A stretch of DNA of 64,000 bases from positions 16,885 to 80,884 of the forward strand of contig CAVRIT010000002.1 of assembly GCA_963721345.1 (NCBI GenBank). The letters are read 5' to 3'. The notes below the pieces were generated by a model. It saw nothing but the letters and a program-made list of their open reading frames with translations. It searched no databases and had not been told where the DNA came from. This DNA is from an uncultured Actinomycetes bacterium (GTDB lineage Bacteria > Actinomycetota > Thermoleophilia > Gaiellales > Gaiellaceae). Position numbers and translations under genes: made by a program. Each line of letters starts with the position of its first letter. The stretch's first letter is position 1. Below are positions 37,795-46,182 of this stretch, piece after piece.

Positions 37795-38729
37795 CGCTCG
37801 CCCGGGCGCTCGAGCTTGCCGAGCGTGGACGGGGCACGACCCACCCGAACCCCGTCGTCGGCGCCGTGGTCGTCAGTGACGGTGCGGTGGTCGGCGAGGG
37901 CTGGCACGAGCGGAAGGGCGGGCCGCACGCCGAGGTCGTCGCGCTGGAGCAGGCCGGGGAGCGCGCGAGGGGCTCGACGCTCTACCTCACCATGGAGCCC
38001 TGCAACCATCACGGCGCCACGCCGCCCTGCACGGACGCCGTGCTCGCGGCGGGCGTCGCGAGGGTCGTCGCCGGGTCGCTGGACCCGAACCCGAAGGCCG
38101 GAGGCGGCCTCGAACGGCTGCGCGAGGCGGGAGTCGACGTGGAGCTCGTCGACAGCTTCGACGCGCGCGCGCAAAGCGAGGCGTGGCGGACCTGGGTTGC
38201 GAAGGGCCGGCCGTTCGTCACCTACAAGGCGGCGATGACGCTCGACGGGCGGCTGACGGTGCCCGGGCAACGCTGGGTGACCGGTGAGGAGAGCCGCAGC
38301 CTCGTGCACCGTCTGCGCGCCGCCGCCGACGCTGTCGCCGTGGGAATGGGGACGGTTCGCGCCGACGACCCGCGGCTCGACGCGCGTGACGTGGAGGCCG
38401 TTCGGCAGCCGCGCCGGCTCGCGTTCGGCCGCGGCCCGCTTCCCGACGGCTCGCCGCTGGAGCTGCGGAATCTGCCGCTCGTGGAGGAGCTCGAGGGGCT
38501 CGCCGCGGAGGGAGTCCAGTCGCTCTTGCTCGAGGGCGGCCCGACCATCGCGGCGTCCTTCCTGGAGGCCGACCTCGTCGACAAGCTCCTCGTCTTCGTC
38601 GCGCCCAGGCTGTCGGGCGAGGGGCCGAGGTTGCTGGAGCAAACGGTCGGCCCACGCCGGCTGACACGTTTGGCGGCGACGACGATCGGTGAAGACGTCC
38701 TCCTCAGCGCCTATGTCCACGAGCCCTGA
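37791..38729 (+). CDS. ribD: Bifunctional riboflavin-biosynthesis deaminase/reductase
   Basis: HPNPVVGAVVV ... GGPHAEVVAL ... TMEPCNHHGATPPC, then the reductase part VTYKAAMTLDGR ... LLLEGGPTIAASFL. Confidence 0.92.
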   Translation: MTLARALELAERGRGTTHPNPVVGAVVVSDGAVVGEGWHERKGGPHAEVVALEQAGERARGSTLYLTMEPCNHHGATPPCTDAVLAAGVARVVAGSLDPNPKAGGGLERLREAGVDVELVDSFDARAQSEAWRTWVAKGRPFVTYKAAMTLDGRLTVPGQRWVTGEESRSLVHRLRAAADAVAVGMGTVRADDPRLDARDVEAVRQPRRLAFGRGPLPDGSPLELRNLPLVEELEGLAAEGVQSLLLEGGPTIAASFLEADLVDKLLVFVAPRLSGEGPRLLEQTVGPRRLTRLAATTIGEDVLLSAYVHEP

Positions 38730-38940
38730 CCACGTCGTTCAGATCCTTTCCTGGTTTCTCACCGGGCGGGCAGACGTCGACCAGGTCGAACAGGCGCTCG
38801 CTGAGCCCGGCGACCTCGGGCCGGAGTCGGCGGAGCTCGTCCAGGAGCTCCGCGAAGAGCTCTCCGACCCCGACGCCTCGCGCCCGAAGCTGCAGCCGCT
38901 CGTCCGCGAGACGATCGAAGCGATCGCCCACGGCGATTAA
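38713..38940 (+). CDS. Small acidic hypothetical protein (75 aa) inside the rib operon
   Basis: High GC3 throughout; ATG at 38713 overlaps the ribD end by 17 nt (alternative GTG at 38689). No recognisable motif and no clear SD. Confidence 0.5.
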   Translation: MSTSPDHVVQILSWFLTGRADVDQVEQALAEPGDLGPESAELVQELREELSDPDASRPKLQPLVRETIEAIAHGD

Positions 38941-38958
38941 CCGAACTACCCTGAGGGC

Positions 38959-39510
38959 ATGTTCACCGGCATCGTCCGGGAGCGCGCCCGCGTCGTCTCC
39001 TACGAGAACGGCCGTCTCGTGGTGGAGTCGGAGCTGCGCCCTCGGATCGGCGACTCCGTCGCCGTCGACGGCACCTGCCTGACGGTCGTCGACGCGTCCG
39101 ACGGGCGGATGTCCTTCGACGTGATGGCCGAGACGGCTTCCCGCTCGAAGTCGTTCGGGGAGGAGGTCAACCTCGAGCCCGCGCTCGCCGCCGGGGATCC
39201 CCTGGGCGGCCACTTCGTCCAAGGCCACGTCGACGGTCTCGGCCGGGTGCGCTCGTTCGAGGACGGACGGCTGGCGATCGAGGCGCCGGAGGAGATCCTG
39301 CGCTACTGCGTCGAGAAGGGCTCGATCACGGTGGACGGCGTCGCTCTCACGATCACGCGGCTCGACACGAGCAGCTTCGAGGTGGCGCTCATCCCGCACA
39401 CGCTCGAGGCGACGACGCTCGGCGCGCTCGGGCCCGGAAACGAGGTCAATCTGGAAGCCGACGTGCTCGCGAAATACGTTGAGCGGCTGATTCGCCCCGA
39501 TACGATCTGA
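38959..39510 (+). CDS. ribE: Riboflavin synthase (alpha chain)
   Basis: MFTGIV ... [14 protein letters not shown] ... and a second half with [12 protein letters not shown] ... [10 protein letters not shown]. Confidence 0.92.
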   Translation: MFTGIVRERARVVSYENGRLVVESELRPRIGDSVAVDGTCLTVVDASDGRMSFDVMAETASRSKSFGEEVNLEPALAAGDPLGGHFVQGHVDGLGRVRSFEDGRLAIEAPEEILRYCVEKGSITVDGVALTITRLDTSSFEVALIPHTLEATTLGALGPGNEVNLEADVLAKYVERLIRPDTI

Positions 39511-39513
39511 TCG

Positions 39514-40761
39514 ATGGCAATCCAGACGGACACCGCCTTTGCGACGGTCGAAGCGGCGATCGAAGACATCCGCGCCGGCAAGTTCGTGGTGGTCGTGGAC
39601 GCCGCCGACCGTGAGAACGAGGGCGACCTGACGATCGCGGCCCAGTTCGCGACGCCCGAGGCGATCAACTTCATGGCGACACACGCCCGCGGCCTGATCT
39701 GCCTCTGCCTGACGCCCGAGCGCTGCGACGAGCTCGCCCTCAAGCCGATGGCCGAGAACAACGAGGCGCCGCTCCAGACCGCGTTCACCGTCTCGATCGA
39801 GGCGCGCGACGGCGTCACGACGGGGATCTCCGCCGCGGACCGCTCGCGGACGATCCAGACGGCGATCGACCCAAACCGCGGTCCTGCCGACCTTGTCCAC
39901 CCCGGCCATGTCTTCCCACTCCGCGCGCGACCCGGCGGCGTGCTGGAGCGCACCGGCCAGACGGAGGCCGCGGTCGACCTGGCTCGCCTGGCCGGCCTGT
40001 TCCCGGCGGGGGTCGTCTGCGAGGTGATGAACGGGGACGGGACGATGGCCAGGGTTCCCGACCTCGCGGAGTTCTGCGACGTCCACGACGTCAAGATGAT
40101 CACCGTCGCCGACCTGATCGAGTACCGGCGGCGGACGGAGAAGCTCGTCGAGCGAACGGTGTCGGTGCGCCTCCCGACCGCCTATGGCGACTTCATGGCC
40201 GTCGCCTTCCGGGAGAAGCTCACCGGCAAGCATCACGTCGCCCTCGTGAAGGGTGACGTCGAGGGCGCGGAAGACGTCCTCGTCCGCGTCCATTCCGAAT
40301 GCCTCACCGGCGACGTCTTCCACTCGCTCCGCTGCGACTGCGGCGAGCAGCTCTCTCAGGCGCTGACGCAGATCGGCGCCGAGGACCGCGGCGTGCTGCT
40401 CTACCTGGCGCAGGAGGGGCGCGGCATCGGGCTCTTGAACAAGCTGAAGGCCTACGAGCTCCAGGAGAATGGGCTGGACACGGTGGAGGCGAACATCGAG
40501 CTCGGCTTTGCAGCGGACCCGCGGGAGTGGGGGATCGGGAACCAGATCCTCGCCGACCTGGGGCTGACGACGATCCGGATCCTCACGAACAACCCGAAGA
40601 AGATCACCGGCCTCGAAGGGTTCGGGCTGACGGTGGTCGAACAGGTTCCCATCGAGACTCCGCCCACCGCAGAGAACCGCCGCTACCTCGAGACGAAGCG
40701 CGACAAGCTGGGGCATCGCCTCCACCACCAGGATCTCCGCTTCAACTCGGAGGGCTCTTGA
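39514..40761 (+). CDS. ribBA: Bifunctional 3,4-dihydroxy-2-butanone-4-phosphate synthase / GTP cyclohydrolase II
   Basis: DRENEGDL ... HPGHVFPL, then [24 protein letters not shown] ... EGRGIGL. Confidence 0.95.
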   Translation: MAIQTDTAFATVEAAIEDIRAGKFVVVVDAADRENEGDLTIAAQFATPEAINFMATHARGLICLCLTPERCDELALKPMAENNEAPLQTAFTVSIEARDGVTTGISAADRSRTIQTAIDPNRGPADLVHPGHVFPLRARPGGVLERTGQTEAAVDLARLAGLFPAGVVCEVMNGDGTMARVPDLAEFCDVHDVKMITVADLIEYRRRTEKLVERTVSVRLPTAYGDFMAVAFREKLTGKHHVALVKGDVEGAEDVLVRVHSECLTGDVFHSLRCDCGEQLSQALTQIGAEDRGVLLYLAQEGRGIGLLNKLKAYELQENGLDTVEANIELGFAADPREWGIGNQILADLGLTTIRILTNNPKKITGLEGFGLTVVEQVPIETPPTAENRRYLETKRDKLGHRLHHQDLRFNSEGS

Positions 40762-41414
40762 GCGAGTTTCCCGCGGTGCGGCCGCCGGACGACGAGGAGG
40801 AGCGCGGCGAGGAGCTGCGCGAGGAGCCGGAAGAGCCTGCGGAGGAGGCCGTCGAGGAGCCGGAGGAGCTTGCGGAGTCTCCGGAGTCTGCGGAGCCTGC
40901 GGAGGAGGCCGTCGAGGAGCACGCTCCGGGCCGGTTCGAGGTTCCGGCGGGCTACAAGTTGCTCACCGGCTCGAAAGGCGGCTCCGGCAAGGCCGTAGGT
41001 GTCGTCGTCGCGCGGTTCAACGGTGACATCACGAGCCGCCTGCTCCAGCGGGCGCTGGACGAGCTCGAGGAGGCGGGTGTCGAGCGGGAGGCCGTCACGA
41101 TCGTCCCGGTCCCGGGCGCGTTCGAGCTGCCGATCGCGGCAATGGCCCTCGCGAAGACCCGCAAGTACGCCTGCATCGTCGCGCTCGGCTGCGTGATTCG
41201 CGGCGAGACCCCGCATTTCGACTACATCGCCGCCGAGGCCGCGAGCGGCCTGCAGCTCGCGGCGATCGAGACGGGCGTCCCGGTCGCCTTCGGCGTGCTC
41301 ACCACCGAGTCGCTCGAGCAGGCCGAGGCGCGGATCGACCGAGCGGGCGACGCAGTCCGCGGCGCTTTGGAGATGGCGGGGCTCTTCCAGCACCTCAGGG
41401 CCGCAGCCCGCTAA
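40757..41414 (+). CDS. ribH: 6,7-dimethyl-8-ribityllumazine synthase, possibly with a 67-aa acidic N-terminal extension (alternative TTG start at 40959)
   Basis: Core VGVVVARFNGDITSRLL ... VPGAFELP ... ALGCVIRGETPHFDYI. TTG at 40757 overlaps the ribBA stop (TTGA). The frame is open with high GC3 across the E/P-rich region. Confidence 0.85.
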
Positions 41415-41435
41415 CGGCTACACTGCCCGCCGCTC

Positions 41436-41627
41436 ATGGCGAAGGTCTGCGCAGTCTGCGGAAAGAAGCCGGGCTTCGGCAACAGCCGGAGCCATTCCAT
41501 GGTGGCAACGAAGCGGCGGTTCGACCCGAACCTCCAGCGTGTTCGCATCCTGCTGAAGGGCTCGCCCACCCGCGCCTACGTCTGCACCCGGTGTCTCAAG
41601 GCCGGGAAGGTCCAGAAAGCACTCTAG
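41436..41627 (+). CDS. rpmB: 50S ribosomal protein L28
   Basis: [37 protein letters not shown]. Confidence 0.95.
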   Translation: MAKVCAVCGKKPGFGNSRSHSMVATKRRFDPNLQRVRILLKGSPTRAYVCTRCLKAGKVQKAL

Positions 41628-41995
41628 GCCCGGTCCGGGTCGCCCTCGTCGAAGACAACAAGGTCTTCCGCGAGGCGCTCGAGATGCTGCTCGGCCTGCG
41701 CTCGGACGTGGAGGTCGTCGCGTCGATCGAGAACGGCAATGACGTCGTCGCCCTCTGCAACGAGCACAACCCCGACGTGGTCCTGATGGACTACCGGCTG
41801 CCCGGGATCGACGGCGTGCAGGCGACCTCTGCGCTGCGCAAGGCGTGCCCGCAGGTCGCCGTGGTCTGCCTCACGGCCTCCGCGAACCTCCGGGAGATGC
41901 AGGCGCTCCAGGAGGCGGGCGCCGTGGCGTGCCTGACGAAAGACCAGGAGCTCGACGAGATCGTTGCGGCGATCAGAAACGCCGCGTCCCGTTAG
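41591..41995 (+). CDS. Receiver-only (CheY-like, NarL-type receiver) response regulator
   Basis: [20 protein letters not shown] ... [15 protein letters not shown] ... VVCLTAS ... with no output domain. The only in-frame start is GTG at 41591, inside the last 37 nt of rpmB. Confidence 0.8.
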   Translation: MSQGREGPESTLGPVRVALVEDNKVFREALEMLLGLRSDVEVVASIENGNDVVALCNEHNPDVVLMDYRLPGIDGVQATSALRKACPQVAVVCLTASANLREMQALQEAGAVACLTKDQELDEIVAAIRNAASR

Positions 41996-42005
41996 GGTCA
42001 GGGAC

Positions 42006-42707
42006 ATGAAGCCGACCGAAGGCGTCCTCTCCGAGGCCTGGCGGGTCTACAAGGCCCACTGGCGGCACCTGCTGACGATCTCTCTAGCGGTGTACGCGGC
42101 CGTGGCGATCATCACGCTCGTCGTCGGGCTCATCCTCGAGGGGTGGGCGGCGGGAATCATCGCCGGGCTCGTCGCCCTGGTCGCGACGTTCTGGCTCCAG
42201 GGCGCGCTCGTGAGGGCAGTGGACGACATCCGCGACGGCCGCGCCGATCTCTCGTTCTCGGAGACGCTGGGAGGCGTTCGTTCCAAGCTGCCGGCGATCA
42301 TGGTGGCCGGGATCCTCGCCGGGCTCGGCGTCCTGCTGGGACTGCTGCTGTTCGTCATTCCCGGTCTTCTGCTGCTGACGTGGTGGGTGCTCGTGATCCC
42401 GGTCGTCGTGCTGGAGGACAAGCGCGCGAGCGAATCGTTCGGGCGGAGCCGTGAGCTCGTCCGCGGCTACGGCTGGAACGTCTTCGGCGTGATCGTGCTG
42501 ACCGTCCTCGTGCTGATCGGATTCAGGATCGCGCTCGACCTCGTGCTCTTCCCGCTGTCCAACGTGTTCCAGGCCTTCCTCACCGAGCTGATCGTCGGAA
42601 CCGTGGCCACCCCCTTCGCGGTCGTCGCGTGGACCCTGCTCTACTTCCGGCTTCGCCAGGCGAAGGAAGGCTCTGTCCCCGAGCCTCAGCCCGAGCCCGC
42701 CGTCTAG
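42006..42707 (+). CDS. Polytopic membrane protein of unknown function
   Basis: 5-6 TM segments. The architecture is similar to DUF975/UPF0259-type proteins (weak, from pattern only). Confidence 0.65.
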   Translation: MKPTEGVLSEAWRVYKAHWRHLLTISLAVYAAVAIITLVVGLILEGWAAGIIAGLVALVATFWLQGALVRAVDDIRDGRADLSFSETLGGVRSKLPAIMVAGILAGLGVLLGLLLFVIPGLLLLTWWVLVIPVVVLEDKRASESFGRSRELVRGYGWNVFGVIVLTVLVLIGFRIALDLVLFPLSNVFQAFLTELIVGTVATPFAVVAWTLLYFRLRQAKEGSVPEPQPEPAV

Positions 42708-42774
42708 TCCCGATCCGAACCGCGGTTCGCGCAGTAGGAAGAGGCGTGTCTTCAAACCGACGAAGGAGATCACG

Positions 42775-43137
42775 ATGCGACGACTCTTCCTCTCCCTGGG
42801 CGCGGTGCTCGCACTCGCGGTGCCGCCGACGGCCTTCACCGTCCTCTCGGCGACGAAGCTGAGCGGCACGACCGGCCCCGGGTTCACGATCACGGTCAAG
42901 AAGGCCGGCAAGAAGGTCACCCGGCTCACGCCCGGCAAGTACACGGTCACGGTGAGCGACAAGTCCGAGGACCACAACTTCGTGCTCACGGGTCCCGGGA
43001 TCAAGCGGAAGATGGTCACCGGCCTCTCCTTCAAGGGGTCGAAGACGGTGACGGTCACGCTGAAGCGCGGCCGGTACGAGTACTACTGCACGCCTCACCG
43101 CCTTGGAGGAATGCGGGGGTTCATCACCGTCAGGTAA
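42775..43137 (+). CDS. Secreted cupredoxin (type-1 copper site ligands present)
   Basis: AAGGAGA RBS and a signal peptide. Ligand pattern H (DHNF) ... C-x2-H-x4-M (YYCTPHRLGGM). Confidence 0.75.
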   Translation: MRRLFLSLGAVLALAVPPTAFTVLSATKLSGTTGPGFTITVKKAGKKVTRLTPGKYTVTVSDKSEDHNFVLTGPGIKRKMVTGLSFKGSKTVTVTLKRGRYEYYCTPHRLGGMRGFITVR

Positions 43138-43191
43138 ACGCGCAACGCACGTTCTAGGCGGGGATCCGCGCCGGAGTTACTTTCGGCCCGG

Positions 43192-43566
43192 ATGCTCCGA
43201 CGCCTGACACTGATCGGAATCGCCGGAGCGGCCGCGATCGCCGCCACCACGGCCCTGGCCGCTCCGGATGCCTCGACGGCGCCGCTCCTGATCGGCGTCA
43301 CCGGCCCCGACGCGCCGACGATCTCCGTGAAGCTCCGCGGGAAGCGGGTGACGCGGCTCAAGCCCGGGACGTACCGACTCCGCGTCTACGACCGCTCGGA
43401 CTCGCACGACTTCCACCTCCGCGGCCCGCGCATGGACCGGCGGATCACGAACCGGCTCTTCACCGGCGCGCGGCTCGTCAACGTCACCCTGCGGAAGGGG
43501 AGCTACGAGTTCTACTGCGCCCCGCACTACTTCAGCGGGATGAACGGCAAATTCGTCGTCAAGTAG
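43192..43566 (+). CDS. Secreted cupredoxin, paralog of 42775..43137
   Basis: Signal peptide; SHDF ... FYCAPHYFSGM. About 45% identity to its neighbour over the beta-sandwich. Confidence 0.75.
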   Translation: MLRRLTLIGIAGAAAIAATTALAAPDASTAPLLIGVTGPDAPTISVKLRGKRVTRLKPGTYRLRVYDRSDSHDFHLRGPRMDRRITNRLFTGARLVNVTLRKGSYEFYCAPHYFSGMNGKFVVK

Positions 43567-44642
43567 TTCCCGCTGTCCGAAGGCTCGGCCCGCGATCGCG
43601 GGGGCCGAGTGCGAACTGCGCGGCGGGCTCCTCCTCGCCCGTCACGACCCGCGCGGCGTACTCGGCCAACGCGGGGCCGTGCTTGAAGCCGTGGCCCGAG
43701 CCGCCGCCGAGGATCCACTCCTGGTCGGAACCCGGCACGCGGGCGAGCACGAAGTTCGTGTCCGGAGTGAGGGCGTACTGGCAGACCGTCGCGCTCATCA
43801 GCGGCGCGTCGCGGAGCGCAGGGAAGCGCTCGGCAAGGTAGGCCCGCGCCCGCTCCTCGGTCCGGGGTGACGCCGTGCGCTCGCCGGTTTCCGGATCGAA
43901 CGGCGCTCCCTCCACGTCTGGGGCGACCTTGACCCCCGCGCCGTCGAGCGCGCCGAGGCCGTAGACCGCCCGGTCGTAGTCGACCCAGGTCGGAACGGGC
44001 GGCGTGTCCCAGCCGTCGGCGGCGAAGAACGTGATGTCCTGCTGCGTCACGCGCACCGGCAGCTCGAACAGGCCCGGGAGCCAGGCGCCGCAGGCCCAGA
44101 CCACGAGGTCGGCGTCGACCGAGCCCGGCTCCGCCGCTTCCCGCACCAGTCGCACGCCGGCCCGCTCGGCGGCCTCGACCGTCGCGAGAGTCGCGGCGCG
44201 CGCGCGCAGGACGCCGGCCTCGGGCTCCCAGAGGATGAAACGGGTGTCTCCGGGCTCGTAGGACGGGAACAGGTCGTGGCCGGCCGAGGGGTCGAGCCGC
44301 TCCACCGGAATCCCCTCCGCCCGCAGCACGCGCTCGCTGCGCGCCTCGAAGCCGTCCTCTGCGTGGGCGAACCACGCGATGCCGGACTCGACCAGCAGCT
44401 CGCGGCCTGTCTCCTCCTCGAGCTCGCGCCAGAGGTCGCGCGCGCGCCACGCGGAGCGGGTGTACCAGTCCGAATCGCCGTGGGAGTAGCGGATCAGGCG
44501 CGACTCGCCGCCGGACGCCGCGCCGAGGTGTCCCGGCTCGTGCCGCTCGTAGAGCGTGACGTCCCAGCCGTCGCTGCGCGAGCCGGTACGCCAGGGAGGC
44601 GCCGAAGATCCCTGCGCCGACGATGGAGGCTGCACCGCTCAT
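43559..44642 (-). pseudogene. MSOX/DAO-family FAD-dependent oxidoreductase, split by a 1-nt insertion near 44564-44576
   Basis: MSGAASIVGAGIFGASLAYRLAQ(R) is in one frame. GWDVTLYERHEPGHLGAASGGESRLIR ... GGGSGHGFKHGPALAEY is in the +1 frame. Length is 1084 nt (3n+1). The ATG overlaps the JAMM stop (ATGA). Confidence 0.8.
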
Positions 44643-45016
44643 TCCAGGTCGAGTCCTTCCACGGTTCCGCTTCGAATACGCCACCCGGCCAGCTCCGCCG
44701 TCGCAAGGCCGAGGATCAGGTAGGGGCGATTCTCCCAGAGCCCGATGTTCTCGACGTCCGTGCGCGACGGCCTGGGCGCGGTCTCAGGGTGCGAGTGGAA
44801 GACGGCCAGCTCGAAACCCTCGTCCTCGAGGAAGAAATCGGCGGGGTCGCGCGGCCGGAGCTCGAAGCGGTAGGGGCTCGCGAGCGCGTTCTCGCCGGGC
44901 AGGTACCGCTCGGCGACGCCGTCGCGGAACGCGACGAGGCCGCACGCCTCGTTCGGCGCCTCGGCCCGCGCGTGGGCGACGAGCTGCTCGCGGATCGCCG
45001 GCGGGACTACCCGCAA
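44639..45016 (-). CDS. JAMM/MPN+ (Mov34/Mec-like) metallopeptidase
   Basis: EACGLV ... FHSHPETAPRPSRTD (E ... HxH-x7-S-x2-D). The TTG at 45016 overlaps the E1-like gene end. The longest ORF reaches 45073. Confidence 0.8.
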   Translation of the reverse strand: MRVVPPAIREQLVAHARAEAPNEACGLVAFRDGVAERYLPGENALASPYRFELRPRDPADFFLEDEGFELAVFHSHPETAPRPSRTDVENIGLWENRPYLILGLATAELAGWRIRSGTVEGLDLE

Positions 45017-46140
45017 AACTCGGCGTAGTCCACGTACTCGGTGATCGTCGGGTTGTCGCCGCAGACCGGGCACGCTGGATCGCGCCGCACCCGCACCTCG
45101 CTGACGGTGGTCGTCAGCGCGTCGAACAGCAGCAACCGCCCGGCGAGCGATTCGCCGATCCCGAGCGCCAGCTTCAGCGCCTCGTTCGCCTGCAGCGACC
45201 CGATCACGCCTGGAAGAACGCCGAGCACGCCGCCTTCCGCACAGCTCGGAGCAAGCTCAGGCGGCGGCGGCTGCGGGAACAGGCAGCGGTAACACGGCCC
45301 CGCGAAGGGCGCGAAGACCGTCGCCTGGCCCTCGAAGCGGTAGATCGAGCCGTGCACCACGGGGATGCGATGCCAGACCGACGCGTCGTTCAGGAGGTAG
45401 CGCGTGGGGAAGTTGTCGGCGCCGTCCACGATCAACTCCCAGCCCTCGCCGAGGATGCGGTCGACGTTCTCCGACGTCAGGCGTTCCTCGTAGGTGACGA
45501 CCTCGACGTCCGGGTTCAGCTCGCGCAGCGTTCGAGCGGCGGACTGCGCCTTGCTCTCCCCGAGCCGCGCGGTCGAGTGGAGCACCTGCCGCTGGAGGTT
45601 CGAGGCGTCGACCCGGTCGTCGTCGACGATCCCCAGCCGGCCCACGCCCGCCGCGGCGAGGTAGAGGGCCGCCGGGGATCCGAGCCCTCCGGCGCCGATC
45701 AGCAGGATGCTCGTCTCGAGCAGGCGCTGCTGCCCCTGGACGCCGACCTCCGGGATCAGCAGGTGCCGGCTGTAGCGCGCGAGCTGCTCCTCGTCGAGCG
45801 AGCTCGTCGACGCCGTCGGGAAGCCGCGCGCCTGCCACTCCACGATCCCTCCCGCCATCGAGACCGCGTCCCGATAGCCGAGGGCGGCGAGTGTGGGAAG
45901 GATGTCGCGCGAGCGCCTGCCGACGGCGCAGTACGTGACGATCGGGCGGGCGGGGTCTCCGGCGACCTCGGCCAGGCGCCCCTCGACCTCGGACATCGGC
46001 AGGTGGATCGAGCCGGGGATGAACGACGTCTGCCGTTCCCGTTCGGTCCTGACGTCGATCAGCAGTGGGGCGTCCGGCGCGGCCAGCCGGTCCCGGGCCT
46101 CCTCGGGCGGAATCTCGTCGGTGCCGACGGGGGTCGCCAC
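45007..46140 (-). CDS. E1-like adenylyltransferase/sulfurtransferase with N-terminal rhodanese and C-terminal ThiF/MoeB domain
   Basis: Rhodanese loop YCAVGRRS (first ~110 aa). ThiF part RYSRHLLIPEVG ... LIGAGGLGSPAALYLAAAGVG ... NLQRQVLH ... CYRC ... APSCAEGGVLG ... CPVCG. Confidence 0.88.
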   Translation of the reverse strand: MATPVGTDEIPPEEARDRLAAPDAPLLIDVRTERERQTSFIPGSIHLPMSEVEGRLAEVAGDPARPIVTYCAVGRRSRDILPTLAALGYRDAVSMAGGIVEWQARGFPTASTSSLDEEQLARYSRHLLIPEVGVQGQQRLLETSILLIGAGGLGSPAALYLAAAGVGRLGIVDDDRVDASNLQRQVLHSTARLGESKAQSAARTLRELNPDVEVVTYEERLTSENVDRILGEGWELIVDGADNFPTRYLLNDASVWHRIPVVHGSIYRFEGQATVFAPFAGPCYRCLFPQPPPPELAPSCAEGGVLGVLPGVIGSLQANEALKLALGIGESLAGRLLLFDALTTTVSEVRVRRDPACPVCGDNPTITEYVDYAEFCG

Positions 46141-46182
46141 TCGTTGAGGATAACCAGGGCCTTCGGGCTACCGTGAGGCCCG

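Noticed and set aside
40820-40925. Short tandem/direct repeats (the ribH 5' region, and the Lys-codon repeats at 58540-58625) as possible CRISPR or VNTR arrays.
   Set aside because: The repeats are in frame, imperfect and encode low-complexity peptide. There is no repeat-spacer periodicity and no cas genes.
43138-46182. A small beta-grasp (ThiS/MoaD/CysO/Ubl) carrier ORF ending in Gly-Gly near the E1/JAMM genes.
   Set aside because: I scanned the listed ORFs and the short gaps (43138-43191, 46141-46182) on both strands and found no candidate of 120 aa or less with a C-terminal GG. Absence is reported as part of the finding rather than forcing a call.
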